A stretch of 64,000 nt of DNA. It comes from a bacterium. GTDB taxonomy: Bacteria; Electryoneota; Electryoneia; Electryoneales; Electryoneaceae. The translations under genes were made by a program, and so were the position numbers. Positions 10,032-18,611 of this stretch are shown here, piece after piece; positions within the stretch are counted from its first letter, which is position 1; each line of letters opens with the position of its first letter. The notes below the pieces were generated by a model that was not told the DNA's origin, did not search any database, and saw only the letters and a list, made by a program, of their open reading frames with translations. The stretch spans positions 3,392,001-3,456,000 of the forward strand of contig CAXXKJ010000002.1 of the NCBI GenBank assembly GCA_963675295.2, in the 5' to 3' direction.

Positions 10032-11657
10032 TCAGCGGCGTTCGGTCAACCATAGCACCAGCCGGATGAACGTGAACGATCGCCGCTCCGGATGACGCAC
10101 CGCAGTCATCAGCAGCCCCACCACGAGCCCGGGCACAGTCAACCCGCGGCGAATGATGTAGCGGAGCCCGAACGTGGGTCCAGCGTTGTCTGATCCCGAA
10201 CCGGACTTCACACTCTCAGCTCTCCCCTGCACCAGCAAGCGCTGCAACGTTTTCCGCGTAAATAGCAGGTAATCCCGCCCGGCATACAATCGTAGCAACG
10301 CCGTCCGGTGGATCACTGGACCGACTTCGCTGACCCAGCGCGTGAAGGCCTCCGGGACGGGCTGCGATGTCACGATTTCGTCAAAATCCAGCGGCCCGAA
10401 CACAGCCTCGGTGGCCGTGCGTGTCAATCCAGCAGCCCGCTGCAAACCGGCCCGGGCAACTGTTTCGTTGAACGCATGTGGATCGAGTTCCGCGCCCCAG
10501 GTTTTCCACGCCAACCGCGCGTCCAGCATCACCTTCAACGGCTGCAGCAGGTGTTCCACGCCACCGTGCAGCAGCAGGTGGATCAATTGATCCTCCGGCG
10601 CAAGCACGTTAAGCAGCAGTCCATCAACCGTGACCTCCACGGCACGATCCCACACTCCTGCCACATCCCAGTCGAAATCCGCGTAGTACGGCAGCAGGCC
10701 GACATGCAGATCGACCTTGATCCGCCGCTGCGGATCGTACAGCCAGATCTCCTTGCTCTCCGCGATGCCGCCGCCCCCGCCCTGCCGCTGGAATCCGAGT
10801 GACTGGAAAATCACGAGCGCAGCGTTGACGTCCGGTTCACGCACGAGTAAATCCAGATCGGTCATCGGACGTGTCGCCGGATCCGGGTACAGGCTGTGCG
10901 TGAAATACAACCCCTTGAGCACAATCAGGTCGATATCACGTTCACGGAAGGCCGAACTGATTCGCCGTTGCGCGGCAAACAGCCGCTGGTATTGCACCCA
11001 TGCCTGGCGGTAGTAACGTTGCAAGCGTTCCCGGCTCTCAATCGGCACTGTGTCAAGCAGGCTCGCGCGATTCAGCTGCCAGCACAGGTACGGCGCCAGT
11101 TCATGCTGATCTGCGAGCGTAACAATCGCCGGCCATAACGCCTCGTCCGCCGGCAGTGCCCCGTTGAACAACGCCCCTTTTTCGCCGGCAGCCAGCATCT
11201 GGTACAGGGACCCTAGCGCAACGCGGATCGTCCCGCTGCTTCGCGGTCCCTGATAGCGTCCGGTCAGCCTCAGCGCCAGCAGGTGGACACCCCGGATCGT
11301 ATACCACAACTGCCCGCGAACCCATCCGGCCGTCCCACCTCGCACCGTCTTCCACACCCCTCGCCGCTGTTGGGCCACTACCCTGCCGATGAAACGGTCG
11401 GGTGTCACCGGCCGCACATCAACTGTCACCAGATCATCACCCCGAGTCAGCAGCGCCGTGTCCTCGCGACGGATAACCCGGTGAACGATCTGCCGTTCTT
11501 CACCGCTGGCACGGAACACGATTACATCTCCGGCACGCACGGCATCCATCGGACAGGCACGCACTCGCAGCCGTTCCCCGTCACGGAACAGCGAGCGCAT
11601 GCTCCCGCCATGGTAGATAATCTCGTGCAGTTCGCCGGATGATGAGGGTTGGTTCAT
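10032..11657 (-). CDS. Fusion of an S24/S26-type peptidase domain and an NTP_transf_5-type nucleotidyltransferase
   Basis: N-terminal GGSMRSLF...GDVIVF...IVHRVI...TRGD (S26-like); C-terminal IVLKG...YPDPATRPMTDLDLLV, VDLH and DQLIHLLLH (NTP_transf_5-like). Confidence 0.88.
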   Translation of the reverse strand: MNQPSSSGELHEIIYHGGSMRSLFRDGERLRVRACPMDAVRAGDVIVFRASGEERQIVHRVIRREDTALLTRGDDLVTVDVRPVTPDRFIGRVVAQQRRGVWKTVRGGTAGWVRGQLWYTIRGVHLLALRLTGRYQGPRSSGTIRVALGSLYQMLAAGEKGALFNGALPADEALWPAIVTLADQHELAPYLCWQLNRASLLDTVPIESRERLQRYYRQAWVQYQRLFAAQRRISSAFRERDIDLIVLKGLYFTHSLYPDPATRPMTDLDLLVREPDVNAALVIFQSLGFQRQGGGGGIAESKEIWLYDPQRRIKVDLHVGLLPYYADFDWDVAGVWDRAVEVTVDGLLLNVLAPEDQLIHLLLHGGVEHLLQPLKVMLDARLAWKTWGAELDPHAFNETVARAGLQRAAGLTRTATEAVFGPLDFDEIVTSQPVPEAFTRWVSEVGPVIHRTALLRLYAGRDYLLFTRKTLQRLLVQGRAESVKSGSGSDNAGPTFGLRYIIRRGLTVPGLVVGLLMTAVRHPERRSFTFIRLVLWLTERR

Positions 11658-11739
11658 GATGAAATGTCGTCAGCCGCGTGAATGATCGGATGCCTCTCCC
11701 CCCTCGCAAAGGTAAAGCCGTACGCCGTACAAGAGAAAA

Positions 11740-11769
11740 CCCGCTCCCGGTCAAGTTGCCGGAAGCGGG
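11740..11769 (-). terminator. Intrinsic terminator after the T9SS cargo gene
   Basis: cccgctcccgg/ccggaagcggg stem followed by a T-run on the minus strand. Confidence 0.6.
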
Positions 11770-11793
11770 CGAGAAGAGTGCAGTCGCGCGCCC

Positions 11794-13761
11794 CTATTTC
11801 ACCAACGTCAATTTGCGACTCATCTCCTGATTCTGCCAATTCACCCGCAGCAGGTACGTCCCGGACGCGACATCGTCCGCATTCCACACCACCTGGTGCG
11901 TCCCCGCATGTAGCGGTCCCCGTTGCAGCTGCGCCACTTCCCGGCCAAGCACGTCGAACACACAAATCGCCGTGTTTCCGGCCTGTGGAATCGCAACTTC
12001 CACCGACACGCTCGAGTTGAACGGGTTCGGATAGGCACTCACAATCCGGAACTCATCCGGAATCGGAATCGTCTCATCCTCCACGCTCAACAGCGCGTCG
12101 GATTCTGGTTCACGAACGACGCGGAACGCGAACCAGTAACTTTGCGACGCTTCGTCGCCGGAGGTGAAGACAAACTCATCCATCTCATCGAGGAAACCGA
12201 TCACCTGCGGTTGGTTGCCTTCGAGCATGATCAGCTTCACCCGGATGCGTGGCGGCAGATTACTCAGGTCCGGCCAGTAGAGCCGGATATCCGTATTTGG
12301 CAAGTTCTTCACCCGAACTTCCGCCACCCAGTATTCCCAGATCGAATCCCAGTCGCGCAGATCCCACGCGTACCGTCCCGGGACATCCCAGTTGTCGTGC
12401 GGGAACGACATGTTGACATACTGGGTGATCGGCGGCGTGAACTCGAACGCGTCCCACGGGTCGTAATCGTCCTCGCTGCCTTCCCGGACACCGATCTTGT
12501 TGTAGTGGTCCACGTGCTCACCGTCAACCGTCTCGATCGGGATGTCGACAAACCAGTAATAGCGTGGATCTTCCTCGAGATCATCCGGGCTCGGACCATG
12601 CGACCCACCATCGTAGCTGAATTCAAGCTCAGCGTCGCCGGTGGTCGTTTTGATCACCCAGAATCCCTGCCACGGGAAGAGGTAGGACGTCGCCAGTGTG
12701 GCATCCAGCACCTCGTAGGATGACCCGTTGAACGTGTACACGTTGGAGTTGATCCCGTCCTGTCCCCAGCCTGAGGGGTTGCCGCCCACGGTAATGGTTG
12801 ACGTGTTCAACTGGTACGTTCCGTAGAATGGATTCGCCAGCATCGTCATCCCGTTGATATCATTCTGATACCCCGTGATGGTCTGGCTCACGTTCACCTC
12901 CGGCGCGCCCGTTGTCTGCGCCGAGACAACATCGAGCCACGGGTCTTCGACTCCGGGCTCGACATTCTGTACAAACCAGTACCCCAGACCGGGTTCAATG
13001 TCCGGTGGTTCTATGTTCGGATCGTTATCCCCCAATCCGAACCGGTCATAGTTCAGGGTTGCCGGGTTCCACCGGCTCATCACCCATGTTCCGGGCGAAC
13101 TGAGCCCGCCAAGATCGTCTGAGAACAGCGAGTCCGCGACTCGATTTTCGGCCAGGGTTACCAGTGATGGTACCCCGAGCAGATACCAGCGGTTGTTCGT
13201 TGACACGTCGCAGGTGTACGCCGTGACGTTGAACTCCGCCAGGTCGACGTAAACGTTTTGCGTCCGCCCGGCGACAACGTTGTATTCCTGCTCCACGATG
13301 AACCGGACCGCGTCCGCCGTGTCTGGAGCCTGCCCCTCAATGGTGTGTAACGACCAGAACGCTCCCGCCGAGGAAACGTTGTTTTCGACCGGATCGCCTG
13401 CCGGGTTCTCACCCGTGTAGAACTGCAGGTACAGCTTCAGAGTCGACGAATTTCCGTTTCGCAGGTACACCGAGAATTGCACCGAATCCCGTGGCCACAC
13501 CACCAGGTCCTGATATAATAGGTTCGGCCCTTCCAGCGAGTCGAGCACCATCTTCACCGAGTACGTGCCGCTCAATACCGTGCTCAATTCGCGGACAATC
13601 CCGCCCTCGGGTTCAACCTCGATCCAATCCGACACATCGTCAGAGTTCCATGTTTCGAAATCGTTGTTCTGTAGGCTTGCCGGGTTCTGGGCATGGACCA
13701 TCACTGCGGGGAGCCACACCAGCAGCAACAGTCCGATCAGCTTCAGCATCTGTGTTCGCAT
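11794..13761 (-). CDS. Secreted protein with one CBM-like N-terminal module and a T9SS type-A C-terminal sorting domain
   Basis: Signal peptide; LQNNDFETW module; C-terminal AYPNPFNS...FDVLGREV...ASGTYLL...KLTLVK; GGAGG RBS before ATG 13761. Confidence 0.85.
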   Translation of the reverse strand: MRTQMLKLIGLLLLVWLPAVMVHAQNPASLQNNDFETWNSDDVSDWIEVEPEGGIVRELSTVLSGTYSVKMVLDSLEGPNLLYQDLVVWPRDSVQFSVYLRNGNSSTLKLYLQFYTGENPAGDPVENNVSSAGAFWSLHTIEGQAPDTADAVRFIVEQEYNVVAGRTQNVYVDLAEFNVTAYTCDVSTNNRWYLLGVPSLVTLAENRVADSLFSDDLGGLSSPGTWVMSRWNPATLNYDRFGLGDNDPNIEPPDIEPGLGYWFVQNVEPGVEDPWLDVVSAQTTGAPEVNVSQTITGYQNDINGMTMLANPFYGTYQLNTSTITVGGNPSGWGQDGINSNVYTFNGSSYEVLDATLATSYLFPWQGFWVIKTTTGDAELEFSYDGGSHGPSPDDLEEDPRYYWFVDIPIETVDGEHVDHYNKIGVREGSEDDYDPWDAFEFTPPITQYVNMSFPHDNWDVPGRYAWDLRDWDSIWEYWVAEVRVKNLPNTDIRLYWPDLSNLPPRIRVKLIMLEGNQPQVIGFLDEMDEFVFTSGDEASQSYWFAFRVVREPESDALLSVEDETIPIPDEFRIVSAYPNPFNSSVSVEVAIPQAGNTAICVFDVLGREVAQLQRGPLHAGTHQVVWNADDVASGTYLLRVNWQNQEMSRKLTLVK

Positions 13762-14053
13762 TGTACAATCCTCCACTCTCCTTCAGCGACCGCGTTCGCC
13801 GGATAACGAAAAACCGAATTATTCGTAAACTACAATTCATATTATGTATTAAGCTAAGTATACAAATTATTTTTGGTTTCCGTCTGTGATCTGCATCACA
13901 TCATGAGTCCATTTCCAGAAAAATGCGCGTCAACGGAGCACCAATACCGCAAAACTGAGTTTTCTGGCGATTGCTTGTTTTTCCGGAAGTTGTAGCTATC
14001 AATGGTCGGGCAATTCAGCGTGAATTTGTGCGAGGATCCGGTGGAGAGAGAGA

Positions 14054-14085
14054 AAGCGCTCACACCCGGATGGATGTGAGCGCTT
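14054..14085 (-). terminator. Intrinsic terminator after the 805-aa T9SS cargo gene
   Basis: aagcgctcaca-N10-tgtgagcgctt, a perfect 11-bp stem, then pyrimidine-rich on the minus strand. Confidence 0.65.
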
Positions 14086-14103
14086 GAGGTCGTTGGATCA
14101 GGA

Positions 14104-16521
14104 TTACTGCAGCAGCGTGATCTTGCGATGCGCAACCTTGCCGCCAGCCTTCAACTGCAGGAAGTAGGTACCGGACGCGTAGTCCTGCGCGTTCCAGGTG
14201 AAGGTGTGCAGCCCGGCGGTCAGCTGACCGTCGTGGATGCGGGCAACTTCGCGACCGAGGACATCGTAGACCTTCAGCGTCGTCTCGCCAGCTTCCGGGA
14301 TACCCATCTTGACCGAAATCTGTGCGTTGAACGGGTTCGGATAGGCGTTGCTGATCCCGAACTCAACCGGGAGCGCGGCGCCGGACTCATCCGCGACATC
14401 CGTCGAACGGCTCACATCGTACGCGCGCACGTAGAAGTGCTCAACTTCCGACTGGCTGTCGCCAACGTTAAACACGTACTCTCCACCCATCTCGTGCAGG
14501 CGGCCGACCGGCTGAATACCGTTCGGGGTGATGTGCATTAGTTCGAACTCAACATTCTGCGGACCACCCTGAAGCGTCGGCCAGTGAAGACGCAGGGTGC
14601 TGTTCGGCAGACGGTTGGCCTTGACATCGAAGAACCAGACTTCTTCGTCGAAATCGCGATCACGGTAGTCCCACGCGAAGCGGGTACCTTCTCGCCAGTC
14701 ATCATGCACAAACGCGAGGCTGACGTAACGGGAATCCGGCGGAGTCAGCTCGAAGGCATCGTAGCCATCGTAACCGTCGCGGGAACGATCCCGGACACCA
14801 AACTCGTTGTAGTTATCCTGGTATTCGCCATCAACGGTTTCGACGCGAAGGTTGATGCCCCAACCGGTGTCGGTGAACTCATCGACTTCTTCAACATCAT
14901 CGATAACCGGACCGTGTTCATCAGGGTTGTACACGAATTCAATCTGGCCATCGCTTGCGGTCGTCTTGACCACCCAGAAGCCATCCCACGGGTCCAGCAC
15001 GGCTGAAGTCGCCAACTGAATCAGGTACTGACGAGTCTGACCGTTGTACTTGTAGATGTTTGCGTTGATGCCGTTCTGGCCCCAGCCGGAGGCGAAACCA
15101 CCGACCGTCAGGTTCGCGGTAGCGAGTTCGTAGTCACCGTAGAACGGGTTCGCCAGCATGGTTTCGCCGTTGGCAACGATCGTCTGCGTAACGTTCGAAC
15201 TCGGTGCACCAGAAGTCTGCGAAGAGGTGATATCCAACCGCGGGTCCGGAGTGCCCGGTTCAACTGCCTGGACGAACCAGTAGCCGAGGCCCGGCTCGAT
15301 GTCCGGCGGTTCCGTGCCCGGATCACCGTCGCCGTTGCCGAAGCGTTCGTACTGCTGCGTGCTGTTGTTCCAGCGGCTCATCACCCACGTGCTTGCGGTG
15401 CTGTTTCCGCCAAGGTCATCCGCGAACAGGGCATCGGCGTTACGATCAGCCTGGTCGTCGATAATAGTCGGAACACCGATCAGATACCAGACATTCTCGT
15501 CGGATACATCTTCGGTGTACGTGTCGATCCAGTAGTCCACATCATCCACGTAGACCGTCCTCAATTCATCGGGGTCTGTCGTGTTGATCTGCTGAAGTTC
15601 GTAACGCACCCATGCGGTTGAAGAAGGCGTTTCCAAGGTAGCCGACACCTGGGTAAAGCTCGTTGTGTTGGCCGAGTTGGCGTAGCCTTGCTGAATGAAG
15701 TTGTTGTTCGCGTCGTAGGCTTTGAGGTACAGACGCGACAGCTGGCCGGAGGTGATATCCTCAGCGAAGTACGCGCTGCCACCGACGGTATCGCCCGGGC
15801 GCACGTACAGGTACTGGATCAACCGGGGTCGCGAAAGCGCCGCCGAGCTCAAGGCTGCCGAAGCTGAACCGGAGTTCACAATGACATTTTCTTCGTCAAC
15901 CGCTGCATCGCTGACCAGTAGTGCTTCCCAGTAATCGGGTGCTCCACCGGTCCAGTCCTCGAAGCTCTCGTTCACCACCGAAACGTACGTCGGCTGCGTG
16001 ATTACGATATCAGCGTAATCAACGTAGCACACCTGGGGTAACGGCTGCGAATCGTTCTTGAAATGCAGGATTTCGTACTTGATCTGCGTCGTCGAAGCCG
16101 GCGTGACAAAGTCCAGTACCAGGGCCTGCCACGACGTCGTGTTGATCGACTGCGTGAATTCCTGGTACAGAAGGTTGTTGCTCTCATCGTACACCTTTAC
16201 GTAGACGCGAACGAACGAATCGTCGTTGTCGTACACGAAGATGGAAGCTTCAACCTGTTCGTTCGGATCAACGCTGAAGTACTGCACGAGTCGCGGACGA
16301 GTCGAACCGACGTTGTTGATCTTCACCGAAGATCCGCCGCTGTACGCGAACGAATTTTCCTGAATCTCGTTGTTCCCGGATTCAACAACCGTCCAGTCAT
16401 CCGGGTTGTCATCTGTCCAGTTTTCAAAATCTGCGTTTAACAGGTTTTGCCCCGAGGCAGGGAAAACCAGCAACCCAAGAAGCAAAACCAGAAGCGTAGA
16501 AAACAGAACCGAAGACCTCAT
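14104..16521 (-). CDS. Secreted protein with two CBM-like modules and a T9SS type-A sorting domain; paralog of 11794-13761
   Basis: Signal peptide; LLNADFENW and VVNESFEDW modules; shared core TWVMSRWN...EPPDIEPGLGYWFVQ; C-terminal AYPNPFN...YDVLGREV...ASGTYF...KITLLQ. Confidence 0.87.
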   Translation of the reverse strand: MRSSVLFSTLLVLLLGLLVFPASGQNLLNADFENWTDDNPDDWTVVESGNNEIQENSFAYSGGSSVKINNVGSTRPRLVQYFSVDPNEQVEASIFVYDNDDSFVRVYVKVYDESNNLLYQEFTQSINTTSWQALVLDFVTPASTTQIKYEILHFKNDSQPLPQVCYVDYADIVITQPTYVSVVNESFEDWTGGAPDYWEALLVSDAAVDEENVIVNSGSASAALSSAALSRPRLIQYLYVRPGDTVGGSAYFAEDITSGQLSRLYLKAYDANNNFIQQGYANSANTTSFTQVSATLETPSSTAWVRYELQQINTTDPDELRTVYVDDVDYWIDTYTEDVSDENVWYLIGVPTIIDDQADRNADALFADDLGGNSTASTWVMSRWNNSTQQYERFGNGDGDPGTEPPDIEPGLGYWFVQAVEPGTPDPRLDITSSQTSGAPSSNVTQTIVANGETMLANPFYGDYELATANLTVGGFASGWGQNGINANIYKYNGQTRQYLIQLATSAVLDPWDGFWVVKTTASDGQIEFVYNPDEHGPVIDDVEEVDEFTDTGWGINLRVETVDGEYQDNYNEFGVRDRSRDGYDGYDAFELTPPDSRYVSLAFVHDDWREGTRFAWDYRDRDFDEEVWFFDVKANRLPNSTLRLHWPTLQGGPQNVEFELMHITPNGIQPVGRLHEMGGEYVFNVGDSQSEVEHFYVRAYDVSRSTDVADESGAALPVEFGISNAYPNPFNAQISVKMGIPEAGETTLKVYDVLGREVARIHDGQLTAGLHTFTWNAQDYASGTYFLQLKAGGKVAHRKITLLQ

Positions 16522-17082
16522 GAGAAAGTCTCCTCGAAAGTGTTAGCACTACATTCCGTGACCGAACCCCGCCGCCCCGACAAATCTCAGGAAGTGAGTG
16601 TCCCCGGAGAAGAGACTCAGGGTGCTACAAGGCTACAATACTAATGATAGTTTCAGCGCATCAATCTAACGTCTCAGGAACCGAAAAATCTACGTACTGA
16701 GATATTAGAATGCTATGCGGGAGGTCACACGGCGGAGCACGTCTTGGAGTACCCTTGCCCCGCTGAGGCCCGCAACAGCAAACGCCGTCTTGCGAAGTAT
16801 GGTGACTTCTGCCTATCTATGACAAGTCTATCGGACGGTACTCGGAGTTCCTTGAAGTTTGCAGCTTCTGGCTCGAGCCTCTCAAGTAATCTCCGGTTTT
16901 TGCGGATATGTGATTTGTGTCATTGCAAACCCCTTGTCCGGGCAGCGACTTTATCGGTCCGCGAGCGAAATACCAAACATTCAGCGCGCCCGTAGTGCTT
17001 TTTCGGGCTCTGAGTGGAGAGTCCTCTCGGGTTCGGGGGGGTGCATTGGGCTCCTTTTCGCCGCATATTCGGTGCTGATGTG

Positions 17083-17091
17083 TGTTATAAT
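17083..17091 (+). promoter_or_regulatory. Extended -10 promoter element (TGnTATAAT) for the precursor-RRE-kinase operon
   Basis: TGTTATAAT about 60 nt upstream of the GGAGG-preceded GTG at 17152. Confidence 0.55.
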
Positions 17092-17151
17092 TCTTAGCAC
17101 ACTGATTTTCGAGATAACGACATCGCTTTGTTTGACTTTTTGGAGGCACTC

Positions 17152-17319
17152 GTGGAGAAGAGCGTGGGATATGAAAAGCCCTTGCTTGTCGAGCTGTCCT
17201 TGTTGCTGGATACCGCGCACGGTTTCTCTGAACCTGACCCGCCGGGTGGCACGGATGCAGGGAATAACGACAAGGAACACGAAGACCAGCAGGAGTCCGA
17301 TTCTTTCGATTGGTTGTGA
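17152..17319 (+). CDS. Putative RiPP precursor peptide (55 aa, ScmA/lasso-like leader)
   Basis: GGAGG RBS then GTG. MEKSVGYEKPLLVELSLLLDTAHGFSEPDPPGGTDAGNNDKEHEDQQESDSFDWL carries a YxxPxL RRE-binding motif and lies directly upstream of a PqqD-family gene. Confidence 0.7.
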   Translation: MEKSVGYEKPLLVELSLLLDTAHGFSEPDPPGGTDAGNNDKEHEDQQESDSFDWL

Positions 17320-17334
17320 TTGGGCGTTGTTCCC

Positions 17335-17622
17335 ATGTCCTTGAGTGCACCCGTCTATGTGACGGACCCGGCCGTGGTTTTCCGAGAAGACATGAAGGAC
17401 GGCGGGGTGTTGTACCACCCGGAAACTGACCGGGCCTACAGTCTCAATCGTCTCGGAGCTCGTATCTGGGCAATGCTGAGTGAAGGGGAAACCCAAGCCC
17501 GCATTGTTGACCGGTTACGAGCTTCTTTCGCTCCCGGTGAGGTCCCCTCTCTCGACGAGGACGTCGATGAGTTTCTCGCTCACCTCGTCAGAAACAACCT
17601 CGCAAGCGTCGAGGATGCCTGA
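17335..17622 (+). CDS. PqqD-family RiPP recognition element (ScmD-like)
   Basis: PAVVFRED...VLYHPETDRAYSLNRLGARIWAML...DVDEFLAHLVRNNL, the classic PqqD pattern. Confidence 0.88.
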   Translation: MSLSAPVYVTDPAVVFREDMKDGGVLYHPETDRAYSLNRLGARIWAMLSEGETQARIVDRLRASFAPGEVPSLDEDVDEFLAHLVRNNLASVEDA

Positions 17623-18502
17623 CTACTCCCTTCACCTGGCCGACGGATCGCGTTGGCGCTTCTCAAGTACTCCCGACCGTGCCGGCTGGCTCAAACAGTT
17701 CGCGTACACGCTGACTCTCCCATCCGAGGTCTCCGCACCAGCATCCACGACCACTCCTTCACACATCCGCGTTTGTTCGCCGATCGAGACTGAACAGCAG
17801 ATCGGATCTCTCTGGGGAGACACCCGGCCCGCGAACTTCGACCTCGGACCGTTGCAGGTTTACACGCGCCGTGGCTCCACGGAGATGCTGTTTGTCACGC
17901 CCGATAACAGCGACCGGCACCAATGGCTGATGAGCATGTGGTATAGCCTTTACCCGTTGTACCCGGCATTGCTGAAGCGCGGCATCCTCCCGGTTCATGC
18001 CGGGCTGGCAGAGTGGAACGGCCACGGCGTGCTCTTTGCCGCCCCGGGAGGCACGGGTAAATCGACCACGCTGCGTCGATTGCCGGAGAGTTGGCGAACT
18101 GTCTGCGATGACGAAACCTGGCTGGTACCGGCCGACACCGGCCTGCGGACGCATCCCCTGCCGACGTGGAGCGACCTGGTCTTGCGCGGCAAACAGGATC
18201 GTTGGCCATCAGCGACCTCCCTCCCGCTGGGTCACGTGGTCTTCCTGCGTCAGGCGGAACAAGTTTCCGTACGGCCTCTCGACCACGCCGAAACCGCTGC
18301 ACTGCTCAACCAGGCAGTGGAACAGATTCTCCGGCGTGCGTGGACGGTGCTGGTTCCGCCGGACCTTGCGGCGGTCAAGGTGCGCATGTTCGAGCTGGCG
18401 GAAGAACGCACCCGCACTCTCAGCGGCATCCTGCTCGACCTGAACCTGCATGATCCGTTCGCGGACCAACTGCAGGAGATCATCCTCGCGATGGATCGGT
18501 AA
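17615..18502 (+). CDS. HPr-kinase-related P-loop protein (SynChlorMet ScmC-like)
   Basis: YSLHLADG N-terminus; LPVHAGLAEWNGHGVLFAAPGGTGKST Walker A followed by CDD; HPLPTWSD; overlaps the PqqD gene. Confidence 0.82.
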   Translation: MPDYSLHLADGSRWRFSSTPDRAGWLKQFAYTLTLPSEVSAPASTTTPSHIRVCSPIETEQQIGSLWGDTRPANFDLGPLQVYTRRGSTEMLFVTPDNSDRHQWLMSMWYSLYPLYPALLKRGILPVHAGLAEWNGHGVLFAAPGGTGKSTTLRRLPESWRTVCDDETWLVPADTGLRTHPLPTWSDLVLRGKQDRWPSATSLPLGHVVFLRQAEQVSVRPLDHAETAALLNQAVEQILRRAWTVLVPPDLAAVKVRMFELAEERTRTLSGILLDLNLHDPFADQLQEIILAMDR

Positions 18503-18611
18503 TCCCTCCAGCCCGTCGGCATGTTGGCCGGGGTCGCGTGAGGTCGATTCGCGCCGTACCTTTGCCTGAGATAGATTCACGGCAGCTTTGCAGCCCAGTC
18601 TCCGGAGAGTC

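Noticed and set aside
13825-13852. dif-like site (…CATATTATGTATTAA) in the AT-rich stretch
   Set aside because: Only partial XerD-arm similarity and a poor XerC arm; better explained as the promoter region of the 11794-13761 gene.
16665-16709. Imperfect inverted repeat TCTAAcgTCTCAG...CTGAGAtaTTAGA in the divergent promoter region
   Set aside because: Single imperfect occurrence with a long spacer; not enough to call a regulatory site.
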